Assembly: GCF_004010195.1 (NCBI RefSeq)
Contig: NC_057728.1
Span: forward strand, 49,468,561 to 49,532,560
DNA from: Chiloscyllium plagiosum
Taxonomy: Eukaryota
DNA: 64,000 bases
Reading direction: 5' to 3'
Below are positions 1-12,741 of this stretch, one piece after another. Made by a program: the position numbers and the translations under genes. The first letter of the stretch is position 1. Each line of letters starts with the position of its first letter. Below the pieces are notes generated by a model that searched no databases, had not been told where the DNA came from, and was given only the letters and a program-made list of their open reading frames with translations.

Positions 1-1412
1 TGGGAAGCTAGAGAAGTGATTGCTGGGCCTCTTGCTGAGATATTTGTATCATCGATAGTCACAGGTGAAGTGCCGGAAGACTGGAGGTTGGCCAACGTGG
101 TGCCACTGTTAAAGAAGGGTGGTAAGGACAAGCCAGGGAACTATAGACCAGTGAGCCTGACTTTGATGGTGGGCAAGTTGTTGGAGGGAATCCTGAGGGA
201 CAGGATGTACATGTATTTGGAGAGGCAAGGACTGATTTAGGGATAGTCAACATGGCTTTGTGCATGGGAAATCATGTCTCACAAACTTGATTGAGTTTTT
301 TGAAGAAGTAACAGATGATTGAGGGCAGAGCAGTAGATGTGATCTATTTGGACTTCAGTAAGGCATTCGACAAGGTAGAAGACCGGGATTGTGGTGGAGG
401 GTTGTTTTTCAGACTGGAGGCCTGTGACCAGTGGAGTGCCACGAGGATCGGTGCTGGGTCCTCTACTTTTCGTAAATGATTTGCATAAATGATTTGGCTG
501 CGAGCATAAGAGGAACAGTTAGTAAGTTTGCAGATGACACCAAAATTGGAGGTGTAGTGGACAGCGATGAAGGTTACCTCAGATGGGCCAATGGGTTGAG
601 AAGTGGCAAATGGAGTTTAATTCCGATTAAATGTGAGGTGCTGCACTTTGGGAAAGCAAATCTTAGCAGGACTTATACAGGTCCTCGTGAGTGATGCTGA
701 ACAAAGAAACCTTGGAGTGCAGGTTCATAGCTCCCTGAAAGTGGAGTCGCGGGTAGATAGAATAGTGAAGAAGGCATTTGGTATGCTTTCCTTTATTGGT
801 CAGAGTATGGAGTACAGGAGTTGAGGTCATGTTGCAGTTGTTCAGGACATTGGTTAGGCCACTGTTGGAATATTGTGTGCAATTTTGGTCTCCTTCCTAT
901 CGGAAAGATGTTGTGAAACTTGAAAGGGTTCAGAAAAGATTTACAAGGATGTTGTCAGGTTTGGAGGATCTGAGCTATGGGGAGAGGCTGAACAGGCTGG
1001 GGCTGTTTTCCTTGGTGTGCTGGAGGCTGAGGGGTGACTTTTATAGAAGTTTACAAAATTGAGGGGGTTGGATAGGATAAATAGACCTATAAATTTTCCC
1101 TGGGGTGGGGGAGTCCAGAACTAGAGGCCATAGGTTTAGGGTGAGAGGGGAAAAGATATAAAAGAGCCCTAACGGGCAACTTTTTCACGCAGAAGGTAAG
1201 TGTATGGAATGAGCTGCCAGAGGAAGTGGTGGAGGCTGGTACAATTGCAACATTTGAGGCATTTGATGGGTATATGAATAGGAAGGGTTTGGAGAGATGT
1301 GGGCCAGGTGCTGGCAGGTGGGACTGGATTGGGTTGGGATATCTGGTTGGCATGGACAGGTTGGACCGAAGGGTCTGTTTCCATACTGTACATCTCTATG
1401 ACTCTGACTCTA
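1..1412 (+). mobile_element. CR1-clade LINE (HER1-like), degenerate RT and 3' end
   Basis: Frameshifted RT pieces (VPEDWRLANVVPLLKKG..PGNYRPVSLT; SKFADDTK; LVRPLLEYCVQFWSP) followed by a CR1-type 3' UTR ending in a ctatgactctgactcta tail. Confidence 0.93.
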
Positions 1413-1939
1413 TAATTGAATATAATCCCTTTCATCGCAGGATTGATGTTTCTTAGTTGAGTTCATTTGGTTGGAGTAATGGTCTTCAAAAGGCAGTTTT
1501 TTTTTATAAGTATCTTGCAATTCTTCTCAAAGTGGAATTGTCAAATGAATTTGAAATTGGAACAAGTTAGATCACTGTCCTTTTTGTCTCCAAGTTTAGC
1601 AGTTAGATACATGACTGCTTAGTGGTCTGATGGATTTACTTGAGGGCCCTCTTGTTTTTGAAGAGAGGAGAAAAAGAATCCTGCAAATAACATCAAGTTC
1701 AAAAACTTGTTTTGACTTCTTGTTATACTTGATGTGAGTCCAAAGAGTTGAGTCATTGCCCAAATGAAATGCAATAGTAATTCAATAACCCTCTGCAGTT
1801 TGACATTTCACCACCTGGGATTTCAGTCAGACAAAGACCTTTTTGTGTTTTGAAAAGGTAAAATGCCCCTGTAGGTGTTGAATTGATTTTATTTTCATCT
1901 TCTTGATCTGACTAACAACTGTATTGAAAAGAATGTTGT

Positions 1940-2163
1940 CTTTGTCCACCCCAGTCCAACAACCGCACCTCCACATAAAGAACAATGTTTAAAAATTGCA
2001 CAACACTCTGTCATAGTCCAACAGGTTCATTTGGAAGTACTAGCTGTCGGAGTGCTGCTGCTTCATCAAGTAATTGTGGAGCTGGATCAGAAAACCGAAT
2101 TTATAGCACAAGATCATAGTGTCATGCAACTGAAATGATATTGAACAAACCTAGATTGCTGCT
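1940..2163 (-). mobile_element. Decayed Penelope-like terminal-repeat fragment
   Basis: Minus strand reads ttgatgaagcagcagcactccgacagctag, a degenerate CUGAUGA..GAAAGCU hammerhead-type motif; recognised by eye only. Confidence 0.45.
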
Positions 2164-2166
2164 GAT

Positions 2167-2246
2167 GGGGTGGCACAGTGGCTCAGTGGTTAGCACTGTT
2201 GCCTCACAGCACCAGGTCCCAGGTTTGATTCTAGCCATGGGAGTTT

Positions 2247-2282
<36 letters not shown>

Positions 2283-2560
2283 GGTTTCCTCTGGGTGCTC
2301 TGTTTCCTCCCACAGATCAAAGATGCTAAATTGCCCATAGGTGCATTAGTCAGAGGGAAATGGGTCTGGGTGGGTTACTCTTTTTGGAGAGCTCTCTCTC
2401 TCTGTGGGTTTCCTCTGGTTTCCTCCCACAGATCAAAGATGCTAAATTGCCCATAGGTGCATTAGTCAGAGGGAAATGGGTCTGGATGGGTTACTCTTTT
2501 TGGAGAGTCTGGTTGGGCCAAAAGGCCTGTTTCCACACTGTAGGGAATCTAATGTAATCT
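2167..2560 (+). mobile_element. tRNA-derived SINE (HE1-like) with (CT)n and internal duplication
   Basis: A box TGGCTCAGTGG, B-box-like GGTTTGATTC; body shared with copies at 5721 and 29494; CR1-like tail. Confidence 0.85.
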
Positions 2561-2888
2561 GTTTTTGTTGCTAGAGTTTCCCAATCTACCAGTGACATCT
2601 AGTGGTCCTTAAATCCAGTCTGATTTTCTGCCCTTTTTTAAAATGGAATAAACTTTCTAGATTTATGATAAAATCATGCTGAAACTTGACAGCATTTGTA
2701 TGTATTGTGTTGGTCATTCCATCAGAGAAAAAATATATGAAGGTGATAACTTTTATTTTTCCTATTTTTAATCCTCTCCTTAAGCAGTGTCAAGGGAAGT
2801 TTGTGTGTGAACAGGTCCTCTCGTTACTATAGATAAACTCTCTTGTAGCTAGCCAATTTACGGATCTCTGACCTGTGATTTGCAAACG

Positions 2889-3033
2889 ATGAACTCTAGT
2901 GCAGATCGTTTTCGCAACCAGCTTGCAGAGCGGGTAGGAGGGTTCATGCTTTTCCCCTGTTCCTCTGTAATCTTCAGGACTGTAACCAACTCCAGAGACA
3001 AGTCGGAAATGCCCTATTATTCAGCTGTGTTTG
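2889..3033 (+). CDS. Candidate alternative first coding exon of ANO4 (speculative)
   Basis: ATG-initiated open frame MNSSADRFRNQLAERVGGFMLFPCSSVIFRTVTNSRDKSEMPYYSAVF ending G|gtaatg in phase 1, compatible with the exon at 13698; no homology recognised. Confidence 0.35.
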
Positions 3034-4217
3034 GTAATGAATAGTTGAAATGTTTTGTCAAATTCAGTGTCTTTGCATTGAATTTGAATTGTGAAGAAGT
3101 GGCAAGTGAACATGTTACTTTGTATCCCACTTTGTTTACATTGGTACCAGGGTATACATACTGAAACTATTTGCAAGTCATGTAATCTTTTTTAAAAGTA
3201 CAGCAATTCCTTCCTCCATCCTTCTGTTAAAGAAATCTTTTTTCCAATTAAGTTCACAAACAAAAAGTGAAAGAAAAAGCTTTTGTAAAAAAAAAAGAAG
3301 GAATTCTTGATTTTATTAATGGCTATGCTTTCTCTTTCTGGGCTTTAAGTATTTGAATTCTTTCCCAAACTTGTCTCTTTTTTTAAAAAGCTCACTGGTC
3401 CCATGTCCTGTTGTAGCTTTTTACCAAATTCTATTTGATATCTCCTCTGAAACACCTTTAGGATATGGACATGGGAGCAGGACTACGGATATTGAATCTG
3501 TTACTTTGTTCAATACCAACATGGTGGATCTTGCTTGCGGTCTTAGCTCTTTCCTGTTTCCTATTTCCTTTCCTCCAACGTGTTCGACTCCTTTGTCAAT
3601 CAAAAATCTATCTAAACATGGCGTTAAATGTAACGGCTCAGCCTTCATCATCACTGTTGACAGTGGAATATAAGTCAAAGTTGTATCTTCAGCCAATTCC
3701 CAGCACTCGATCCAAAAAAACTGTCTTCAACGTCTTATAGGCAGCTTGTTCTCTACTCCAACACATCCCCACCTCCCAGCTCTTTCACCTTTTAATCATG
3801 AGTAATGTTCTCTGTTCAGTTGATCGTTCGTGATAATTCTCATTGTATAGATGAGACCTGCACAAGCCATGGTCCTTTTTTTTTGTAAGGTGTGTGTCAT
3901 TAGCTATTCGTTAGTTTGTTGTACTTCTTGTGACTAATTTCAGAGCAATGCAAAGATAATGTTAACTTCTAAACCTGTAGGTTTACTTGCATTACTTAAA
4001 ATATTTTAGTGCATACAGAATCCTGTCAAGTTAAGTGGAAGCTTCCCATATTTTCAGTGTGGAGCTGAGCATGCTAGGTGGCAACTTTCTTGCCACTCCC
4101 AGGTGGCAACATTTCTGAATGCTTGCCAATCAGCTCAGGCAAGCAAGTTGAGTAGCTTGCCCTATCACAAGCCTTGGCACTGGCAACTGGGCCAACCAAA
4201 TGCTAGGCAAAACTGAG

Positions 4218-4436
4218 TACTGCAGATGCTGGAAACCAGAGTCTAGATTAGTGGTGCTAGAAAAGCACAGCAGGTCAAGCAGCATCCAAGGAGCAGGAAA
4301 ATCAACGTTTTGGGCAAAAGTCCTTCATCAGGAATGGAGGGCTGATGAAGGGCTTTTGTCAGAAACATTGATTTTTTTTTTCTTTTTTCTGCTCCTTGGA
4401 TGCTGCTTGACCTGCTGTGCTTTTCCAGCACCACTC
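4218..4436. mobile_element. Fold-back PLE-derived element with two degenerate hammerhead motifs
   Basis: Inverted arms about 4250-4332 and 4342-4436, each with ctgatgaagg(g/a)cttttg..aaac(g/a)ttga. Confidence 0.8.
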
Positions 4437-4639
4437 CAATTGAATACTAGGCAGAGTCCAGCAGTGTTAAGGTCCTTAAGTCCGCCAGTTGAGGCCAACT
4501 CCTATGGGGATCAAGTAATGAAAAGACAAGTAATTATTTTAATCTGCAAACCACTCAACAAGAGAATAAGTGTGAATTAGGTCTTCACACCCCCCCTTCC
4601 CTCTCTTTTCTCTCTTTTTCTCCCCCCACTTCCCTCCCC

Positions 4640-4960
4640 AAAGCAGGACGTGGAGGCTTTGGTGAGGCTGTAGAAACGTTTTACCAGGATGTTGCCTGGT
4701 TTGGAAGGTATAAGTTACAAGGAGAGATTAGACAAACTCTGCTTATATTCATGACTATCGAAGGGTGAGGGGTGACCTGATGGAAATTTAAAGCAGATAC
4801 AAAGCAACGTTTTAGTATCTTGACAGATATATGAATAGACAAGGAATAGAGGGAAATGGACCATGTAAAGGCAAAAGGTTTCTGGTTTAGGAATGCATAT
4901 TATGTGTTGGCACAATCTTGGTGGGCTGAAGGGCCTGTTCCTGTGCTGTACCATTCTTCG
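4640..4960 (+). mobile_element. CR1 LINE 3' fragment
   Basis: accaggatgttgcctggtttgga...gggctgaagggcctgttcctgtgctgta, similar to the 3' end of the element at 1-1412. Confidence 0.75.
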
Positions 4961-5720
4961 CACTTAAGTAGTTTGTGATAGTTTGCTACGTTAACGAGGG
5001 GAGACTAATAGAAACACTTTCAACACTGAGTCAACAGTGAGTTTAGTAATCCAGGTTACTGATTTTGTTATTGTTCAAACATCTACCTTCCATCTAACAT
5101 TAATGACCTAATGGTGTTTATAAGTCTCTTTCATTTGGGATAGCTGGTGGTAATGAACATAATTATCAGTATCAATCCTCTGGAGAGTAGAGTCAAACCT
5201 GTGGATGTTTAGTTGTGTGATGACTCATTATGAAGTAATTTTTAGCTGAATTGTCCTGTTTTATTTTTGTACATCCCTTAAGTTTGTTAAAAATACTCCA
5301 GCTTGTGTGGTGAAGATCTAAGTATGTTATTTAATATTAGACAATTTGATGTAGATACAGAGAAGCTATTTCCTCCTGAGAGAATTGTCTAGGACAAGGG
5401 AGTGTAAACTTAAAATGAGTTAATCTATTTAGCAGAGAAATTGGGCATTTTGGATAACTCCATTACCACAGAAATGGTACAGTGAAGCTGCCTTCAGTCT
5501 GACTTGGCCCATATGGTAGTTCTACCTTTTCTAAAAAGGATGATGCCAAAACTACCTCCCTGACTCAAACAACAAAAAATGATAACTCTTGTTCTGCCTC
5601 CAATACTTGGAAGGACATCTTGAACTTTGAGGTATAAAAGCCTTAAGATGGGCCTGTCTCACTTGGGGAAATTTAGTGTGTGATTTATCCTTTTCAAGTC
5701 GTACAGCAATGCTAGCTCTA

Positions 5721-6033
5721 TGGCCCAGGGTGGCTCGGTGGCTAGCACTGCAGCCTCACAGCACCAGAGACCCAGGTTTGATTCCAGCCTCAGGGGCTGT
5801 GTGGAGTTTGCACAGACACACTCTCTCCCTGTGTGTGGGTTTCCTCCAGGTGCTCTGGTTTCCTCCACAGTCCAAAGATGTGCAGGTCAGGTGAATTGGC
5901 CATGCTAAATTGCCCCATAGTGTTAGGTGCATTAATCCGAGGGAAATGGGTCTGGGTGGGTTTCTGTTTAGAGGGTTGGTGAGGACTTGTTGGGCCGAAG
6001 GGCCTGTTTACATATTGTAAGGAATCTCATCTA
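5721..6033 (+). mobile_element. tRNA-derived SINE (HE1-like)
   Basis: tRNA-like head (ggtggctagcactgcagcctcacagc..ggtttgattcc); same body and tail as the 2167 copy. Confidence 0.85.
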
Positions 6034-6651
6034 AAGGAAATGGCTTACTTCTGCACTTGCATTTTACAGAGTGAAGGTGGGAACAGATGGATGGGTTGCC
6101 ATTTTGTCCAGATTATTAGACGACTGAGATTGCTTTTACTTCTGGAAGGATCCTTTTTTTAAAAATCTGTTTATGATGATCTTAGATTCCATTATCAGTT
6201 CAAGAGCTAAACTGATCTGCAGTGCCTCCAGATACTCAGGTGTAAATTGGCTTGTAAGGAACATTCTGTAGACTGTTTTGATTTTGGGCTGAAGCCAACA
6301 CTAGTCACCCTGAGGTCTGAGGCACTGTCAGGCTGCCTCCCAAGTCGGGTGTCATAAATACTGTGGTTACAAGAGCAGGTCAGAAGCTGGAAATCCTGAA
6401 CCAAGTCACACTCCTCATGCCTCCCTAAGGCACAGATCGGGAGTGTGATGGAATACTGTCGCTTACCTGGATGATCGCAGCTCCAATACTTAAACCTTAA
6501 CACCAGCCAGGATGAAGCAACGTGAATCAACTCCCCATCCCCTTTGCTCCGTTAGACCATAAGGTGTAAATGCAGAAGTAGGCCATTTGGCCCATTTTGG
6601 GTTTGCTCTGTCATTCCATGATATCACAGCTGATAATCCTTCACTCCATGC

Positions 6652-7501
6652 TGTGACAACGCTGCTCCTTTAACAAATTTAGTTTGTGCTTGGCGCTTTA
6701 TTCAGAGGGGTCATAAAGACCGAGAGTCCATTTTGTCTGCATTTATCTACTTGAATCTTCTAAGTTTTTTTTTCTTTTTAGAAAATCCCTTTTACTATGA
6801 AAGGGGAATGGCTAGTTCTCCAGCTCAGCTTTTCTCTGGTGTGGTTTGGTTTGGTTTGACCAAGCGGTCAATTTTTGAGGCTGCTGGTCAAAGAAACGAC
6901 TACATGGAAGAAGGTCTTCCATGCTGAAACGCTAGTGCTCTCCCTCTCCCTCTCCCTCGCCTGTGTTTGATTTTTGCCTATTTTGCCAAAGGGTGTTTAT
7001 GGGGATTGTTGCAGGAATTTGGAACAGCACCATTAAGTTAGGATAACTGTTGGGTTTTCAGAGAGGTTGAGTTATTAAATATTCTGTGATTTTTTTTTGG
7101 GTTTGTGTTTTATTTGGAAGATCATCCAATGAATTCTCTTTTTTGTTTAAGACAAAGTGGTTGGGCCAGCTGCATCACTCCTGGGATATTCACCTTACAC
7201 CTGCTTAACACAACCGTTTATGGGGATTGTTGCAGGAATTTGGAACAGCACCATTAAGTTAGGATAACTGTTGGGTTTTCAGAGAGGTTGAGTTATTAAA
7301 TATTCTGTGATTTTTTTTTTTGGGGTTTGTATTTTATTTGGAAGATCATCCAATGAATTCTCTTTTGTTTAAGACAAAGTGGTTGGGCCAGCTGCATCAC
7401 TCCTGGGATATTCACTTTACACCTGCTTAACACAACCAGCAAAGTTAGGATCTGGCTACTTTCTTGAAATGTTTTGAGGGGGTCTGGCCTGGTCAATAAC
7501 A
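6652..7501 (+). mobile_element. Solo-LTR-like element (TG...CA) with internal tandem duplication
   Basis: Begins tgtgacaacgctgctcctttaacaaa and ends ggtcaataaca; interrupts a CR1; homologous copy at 21465-22088. Confidence 0.65.
6995..7437 (+). repeat. Near-identical tandem duplication, 2 x about 221 bp
   Basis: gtttatggggattgttgcagg...cttaacacaacc at 6995-7215 and 7216-7437. Confidence 0.95.
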
Positions 7502-9451
7502 ATTCTCCTGTCTTTTCCTTATACCTTTTTTGATTCACTTATTAATTAAAAATCTCTCATCCTTGAATATCTTTAACCAATTCAGTTTCTTTATAGCCTT
7601 CTGCAGTCAAGAATTCCATAGTCACAAGCTTCTAAGAGAAAAAAACTTCCTCCTCACTGTGTTAAACGACTGACCCCTTTTATTCTGAGATTATGCCCAA
7701 GACTCTCTGACAAAGGGAAAACACACTCTACATATACCCTGACAAGACCCCTAAGAATCCTGATGTTCCAATAAGTTTGCCTGTCGCTTTTCTAAACTCA
7801 TTAGTACAGACGTAACTTACTCGATCTCTCTCCTCATAAAATTTCTTCATACTGGGGATCAAACTAATGAATTTTTTTTTAAAAACATTGCCTTCAATAC
7901 CATGTCCCTTGAATAAGGGGACTAAAACCGTGTTCTAGGTATGGTCTGACCAGTGCTTGTATAGTTTAGCAAGGCTTACCTGCTTTTATTCTCTTTTTTT
8001 CCCCTTTTTTTAAAAAATAAATGTCCAATTTGCCTTTCATATCACCTGCTGAGCTTGTATGCCATAGTGTACATGAAAACTCTCCTCCTGCAGCTTTCTG
8101 TAAATGTTCTCCATTTAAGTAATATTCAGTTCCTCTACTCTGCCTGCCAAAGTGCATAACCTTGCATTTTCCCAGATTATATTCCAATTGCTGAGTCTTT
8201 GCCCATTCTCTTAACCTGTCTATAGGCCACAGCAGACTGTCACCCTCCTGACTTGCCTTCCCACCTATTTTTGGATCATACACAAAGTTGGTGTTTGTAC
8301 GTCCTTCTGTCATCAATTATTGAACAAATAATTGTAGCACTGATCCTGTGGCATTGCATTAGTTTAAAGGTTGACCTCTTGAAAATGCCCACTTTATCCT
8401 AACTCTATCCTGCTTCTGAGTTAGCCAATCACCCCTCCATGCTAACCTACAACTCCTGACACCATGGTCTCCTGTTGTTTTAAGTAGCTTTCTGTGAAAT
8501 ATATTATTTGAATAAGTTTTGGAAACCCAAATATATTAGATCTACTGTTTTCCCCTTTATCCATCCTGCTTGCTGCTATTACAATGAATTCTAATCTGAC
8601 TGATTATGTTGTACACTTCTAAGTAGTCGAGTGTGTGGTGCTGGACTGTGGTCCAGCACCTCACTCTACTCTGATCGCCAACATCTGCAGTCCTCACTTT
8701 TTTCTAAATACCCTGCTATTACATCCTTTTATAATAGACTGTATATTTCCCCACAACAATGTTAAGCTAACTGGCTCATTGTGTGACAGATGTAAAACAA
8801 AAGGTAACTTTTTGAATGTGTTACATTTGGCAGTTTTCTACCCTTTGGGATTCTTTCCAGCATCTAAAGGATTCTTGATGGGCTACTATCAGTGCATCCA
8901 TTATCTCTGAAGTGATTTCCTTTGCATATCGCAGAATGTATCACATCAGGTCGAGGGGACTTTTTGGTCTTTAGACCCCATTTAGTTTCCATGGTACTTT
9001 TTCTGTTGTGATAGTTATTGTATTTATTTGTTCTCCTTTTTTGTATTTTGATTATTTAGTGACTTTGGAATGCTGTTAATATCTTCTGAAGATTGATGTG
9101 AAGTATCTATTTAACTTCTCTGCTATTTTCTAGTTCCCATTATTGTTGCCTTGCTCCTCAGGGGTCTATGTTAACTTTGACACCTCTTTCTGTACTTTAA
9201 AGGAGTTCTTCCAAATGTTTTGATATTTCTTGCCTTCAATGTTTACCCTCCAGTTTACTTTCTCCCTCTTTCTTATTGTTTTTGATTATCCTTTTGAATT
9301 TAAGACTTTCCCAATCCCCTCTCTTGCCTCTGATCTTGTACTTCTTTTTTTTTTCTTTCTTAATATAAAAATATTCAGAACTTGCTTGGGTTTACCATGG
9401 TTGGTTTATCCCCTGTCTAGAGTCTTCCTTTCTAACTGAAATATATCTTGT

Positions 9452-9720
9452 AAGAGGAAAAATTGCTGAGAAAGCTCAGCAGGTCTGGCAGTATCTGTGG
9501 AGAGAAAGCAGCGTTAACATTATGGGGCCAGCCTACCTTTCTTGAAAGTGATGGTAGTCAACTACAAACCAACGTTTTTCTAGCTACCGTTGGTTCTGAG
9601 GAAGGAAAACTTGACCTGAAGCGTTAGCTCTGATTACTCTCCTCAGTTGCTGTCAAACCTGCTGAGCTTTTAAAACAAATATTGTTAGATTTGCAACATG
9701 CACAGTTTTTCAGTTTTTAT
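9452..9720. mobile_element. Older fold-back PLE-derived element (second family)
   Basis: Imperfect arms (aaagctcagcaggtctggcag / ctgtcaaacctgctgagcttt) and a degenerate hammerhead ctgaggaagg..cctgaagcgtt. Confidence 0.6.
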
Positions 9721-10602
9721 GAAACCTATTTGAGTCATGAATTGTTCTAAATGTCATAATTTTCATCAAGCAATTTTTATTTTCCCCTGCTATACCTCTT
9801 TCCAGCCAACTCTGCACTCCTTCGTTTGTGATTTCCCTTATGTAAGTTTTTTTTTTAACCCAGTTATTTCCAAGCCAATATTTTCTCACTCTATTTAAAT
9901 ACTAAATCCATTTGGTTTTCGAAAAAATCTTTTTACTCTGAGATCATTGATCTTAATTTTAATCCTATTCCATTACACGTTGCCAGGTCCCAATTAGCTT
10001 TGTCCCTGGTTGGATCCGCAACAGGTTGTTCGAGGAAAATTTTCCTAAATACAGTCTGTGACTTCCTCATTGCTATATCCTTCCAATGTACATGAAGATT
10101 AAAGCAACCCATGGTTAATGTATTGCATGTTTTTTGAAACATTCGCTCATTATCTCATGGTTTATTCTCTACAGTATAGCTACTGATTGGCACTAGTCAT
10201 TCACAGCCCTATGCTGTCTTAGTCATGATATAATGACTCTGTCCACATGGCTTCTACATCTTCTGATCTGAGATGTGTTTCCCCTCTCTTCCACCAACAC
10301 ACTGTGGCATCAGTGTGCCATCTACAATAAGTACTAAATGACTCACCAAAGCTACTGCAATAACTCATTAGTCCCATGATCTCTGCCACTTGGAAGGACA
10401 AGGGCATCCCATATGGATGGAAACACCAGCTACAAATTTCCCTCTGCAGCCCCATACAATCCTGATTTGCAAGTATATCACCATTCCTTCACTATTGCTG
10501 GGTCAGCATCTTTGCAGCTCCCTTCCTAACCAAATTGGGGATATGTCTACCCTACATGGACTACAATGGTTCAACATGGTAGCTCACCACCGCCTTCTCC
10601 AG

Positions 10603-12092
10603 GAGAAAGTGAGGACTGCAGATGCTAGAGATCAGAGTCGAGTGTGTGGTGCTGGAAAAGCACAGCAGGTCAGGCAGCAACCGAAGAGCAGAAGAATCAA
10701 CCTTTTTGGGCAAAAGTCCTTCAGGAATGATGTTGAGCTGAGCGGTGGGACTGGGGGGACCGGAAGGTAGCTGAGAAGAATGCAATAGGTAGATGGAGGT
10801 GGGGGTAATGGTGATAGGTCAGTGAGGAGGGTGGAGCAGATAGGTGGGAAGGAAGATGGACAGGTCATGAGGGTGATGTAGGTTGGAACTGGGATAAGGT
10901 GGAGAGGAGGGGAAATGAGGAAACTGGTGAAATCCACATTGATACCGTGGGGTTGGGGGGTCCTGCGGCGGAAGATGAAGCGTTCTTCTTCCAAGTGTTG
11001 GGCTGTTAGGGAGTGGCAATGGAGGAGGCCCAGGACTTGCTTGTCCTTGACTGAGTTGGGGGGGGGGGGGGAAGCGGGTTTGAAGTGTTTGGCCACAGGG
11101 CAGTGGGGTTAGTTGGGGCAGGTTTCCCAGAGATGTGCTCTGTGAGTAGGCGTCCTGCGCCCCCAATGTAGAGGAGACCACATCAGGAGCAATGGATACA
11201 GTAAATGATGTGTTGAAGTGCAGGTAAAACTCTGGATATGGAAGGCTCCTTTTGGGGCATTGGACGGAAGGGAGGGGAGAGGCATTGGTGCAGGTTTTGC
11301 AATTCCTGCGGTGGCAGGGGAAGATGCTGAGCGGAGAGGGTGAGTTGGTGCTCATCAGGTCCACACCCCCTTACCCTCCCCTCCCAGCACCTTTCCCTGC
11401 CTCCGCAGGAATTGCAAAACGTACGCCTATGCCTCTCCCCTCCCTTCCATCCAATGCTCCAAAAGGAGCCTTCCACATCCGTCAGTTTTACCTGCACTTC
11501 AACACATTGTCACTTATTGCATCCGTTGCTCCCGATACAGTCCCCTCTACATTGGGGAGACAGGATGCCTACTCACAGAGCACTTCAGAGAATGTCTCCG
11601 GGACAACCACACCAATCAACCCCACTGCCCTGTGGCTGAATACTTTAACTCCCCCTCCCACTCCACCAAGGACAACCACCCAATGTCTGGAAGAAAAATA
11701 CTTCATCGTCCACCTCTGGGTCCCTGAACCCCAGGCATCAATGTGGATTTCACCAGTTTTCTTTTTTCTTTTTGTCCCCCCATCTTTTATCCCAGTTCCA
11801 AACTTCCAACTCAATACCATCCTCATGACCTGTCCCATCTGTCTATCTTCCTTCCCACATACCTGCTCCACCCTCCTCTCTGACCTGTCATCACTACCCC
11901 CACCTCTATCTACCTATCGCACTCTCACCTACCTCCCCTCCCCGCACCTGTCCAATTTATCTCACCACCCCCTCATCTGACATCCTCATGCCTGATGAAA
12001 GGCTTTTGCCTGGAACGTCGATTCTCCTGCTCTCGGATGCTGCCTTACCTGCTGTGCTTTTCCAGCACCACACTCTTGACTCTGATCTCCAG
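10603..12092. mobile_element. Penelope-like element, two inverted 3' halves each with a decayed GIY-YIG endonuclease
   Basis: Minus arm about 10603-11345 (FPCHRRNCKTC; LEEERFIFR..PHGINVDF) and plus arm about 11365-12092; both similar to the intact domain at 41493-41933; sits inside a LINE 3' fragment. Confidence 0.88.
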
Positions 12093-12701
12093 AGTAATTT
12101 GGGATGTATAGTAAATGTTTTGAGCCAGTAATGTCCATGTCCTAGTAAGTAAATTTTTAGATAAACTGTTGGCTTCTATCGTATTCCTGTGGGACAGGAG
12201 TCATTTAAGGGACCCAGCCTACAAAAGGAAGTCAAGCCCCCCAACTGTCTTTTTTTTTTTCTTTTTGCTTTACAAGAGCTTTCATGGTCACATTTTAATG
12301 AAGCAAGCCAGCTTTCTCTGAACACGTTCGTAAACTCTCACGTGTGGGATTTGAACTGTCTTTTTATCTGGCTCACTGGGCCATGGTCAGAACCATTGCT
12401 TCACCAAAAACCATCTTTATGAAACTGAGGACTACTTCTCTTTTTTTTTAAAAAAAAACAAACTTATTTTCATACTCTTAACTCCAAATAGTATTTTATC
12501 TTCAATTCATTCTTCCAAGTTACTTTTTTGAACTTTGCTTCAGTTGTCAAACTGTTGATGTGTTGATGGCCATCTTGCATGGGAATGCAGACCGGAAAAC
12601 ATGAGCTACCAAATCTGCCTAACTGTGGCTGAGTACTGTCTTCCTCCCATGTGTTGGAGTTACTCAGTGTTGCTCTTGCCTTGTCAAGTATCAGTTATAG
12701 T

Positions 12702-12741
12702 ATGAAAACTGATAAAATCCCTCACAACTCCCAACAATTTG
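12702..12741 (+). CDS. Candidate alternative first coding exon of ANO4 (speculative)
   Basis: agtATG with A at -3, MKTDKIPHNSQQF, then consensus donor G|gtaagt in phase 1, about 950 bp upstream of exon 13698. Confidence 0.35.

Larger units (their letters stand above)
6555..9440 (-). mobile_element. Old CR1 LINE interrupted by an LTR-like insert and a PLE fragment
   Basis: Minus-strand ORF 7966-8316 with IDRLREWAK..KCKVMHFGR; 3' tail near 6555; resumes after 7501. Confidence 0.7.

Noticed and set aside
2167..2240. tRNA genes (also at 5721 and 29494)
   Set aside because: A/B boxes continue into a SINE body and tail; no cloverleaf was evident.
11252..11980. 242-aa Pro-rich ORF
   Set aside because: Mostly off-frame translation across a decayed C-rich PLE arm.
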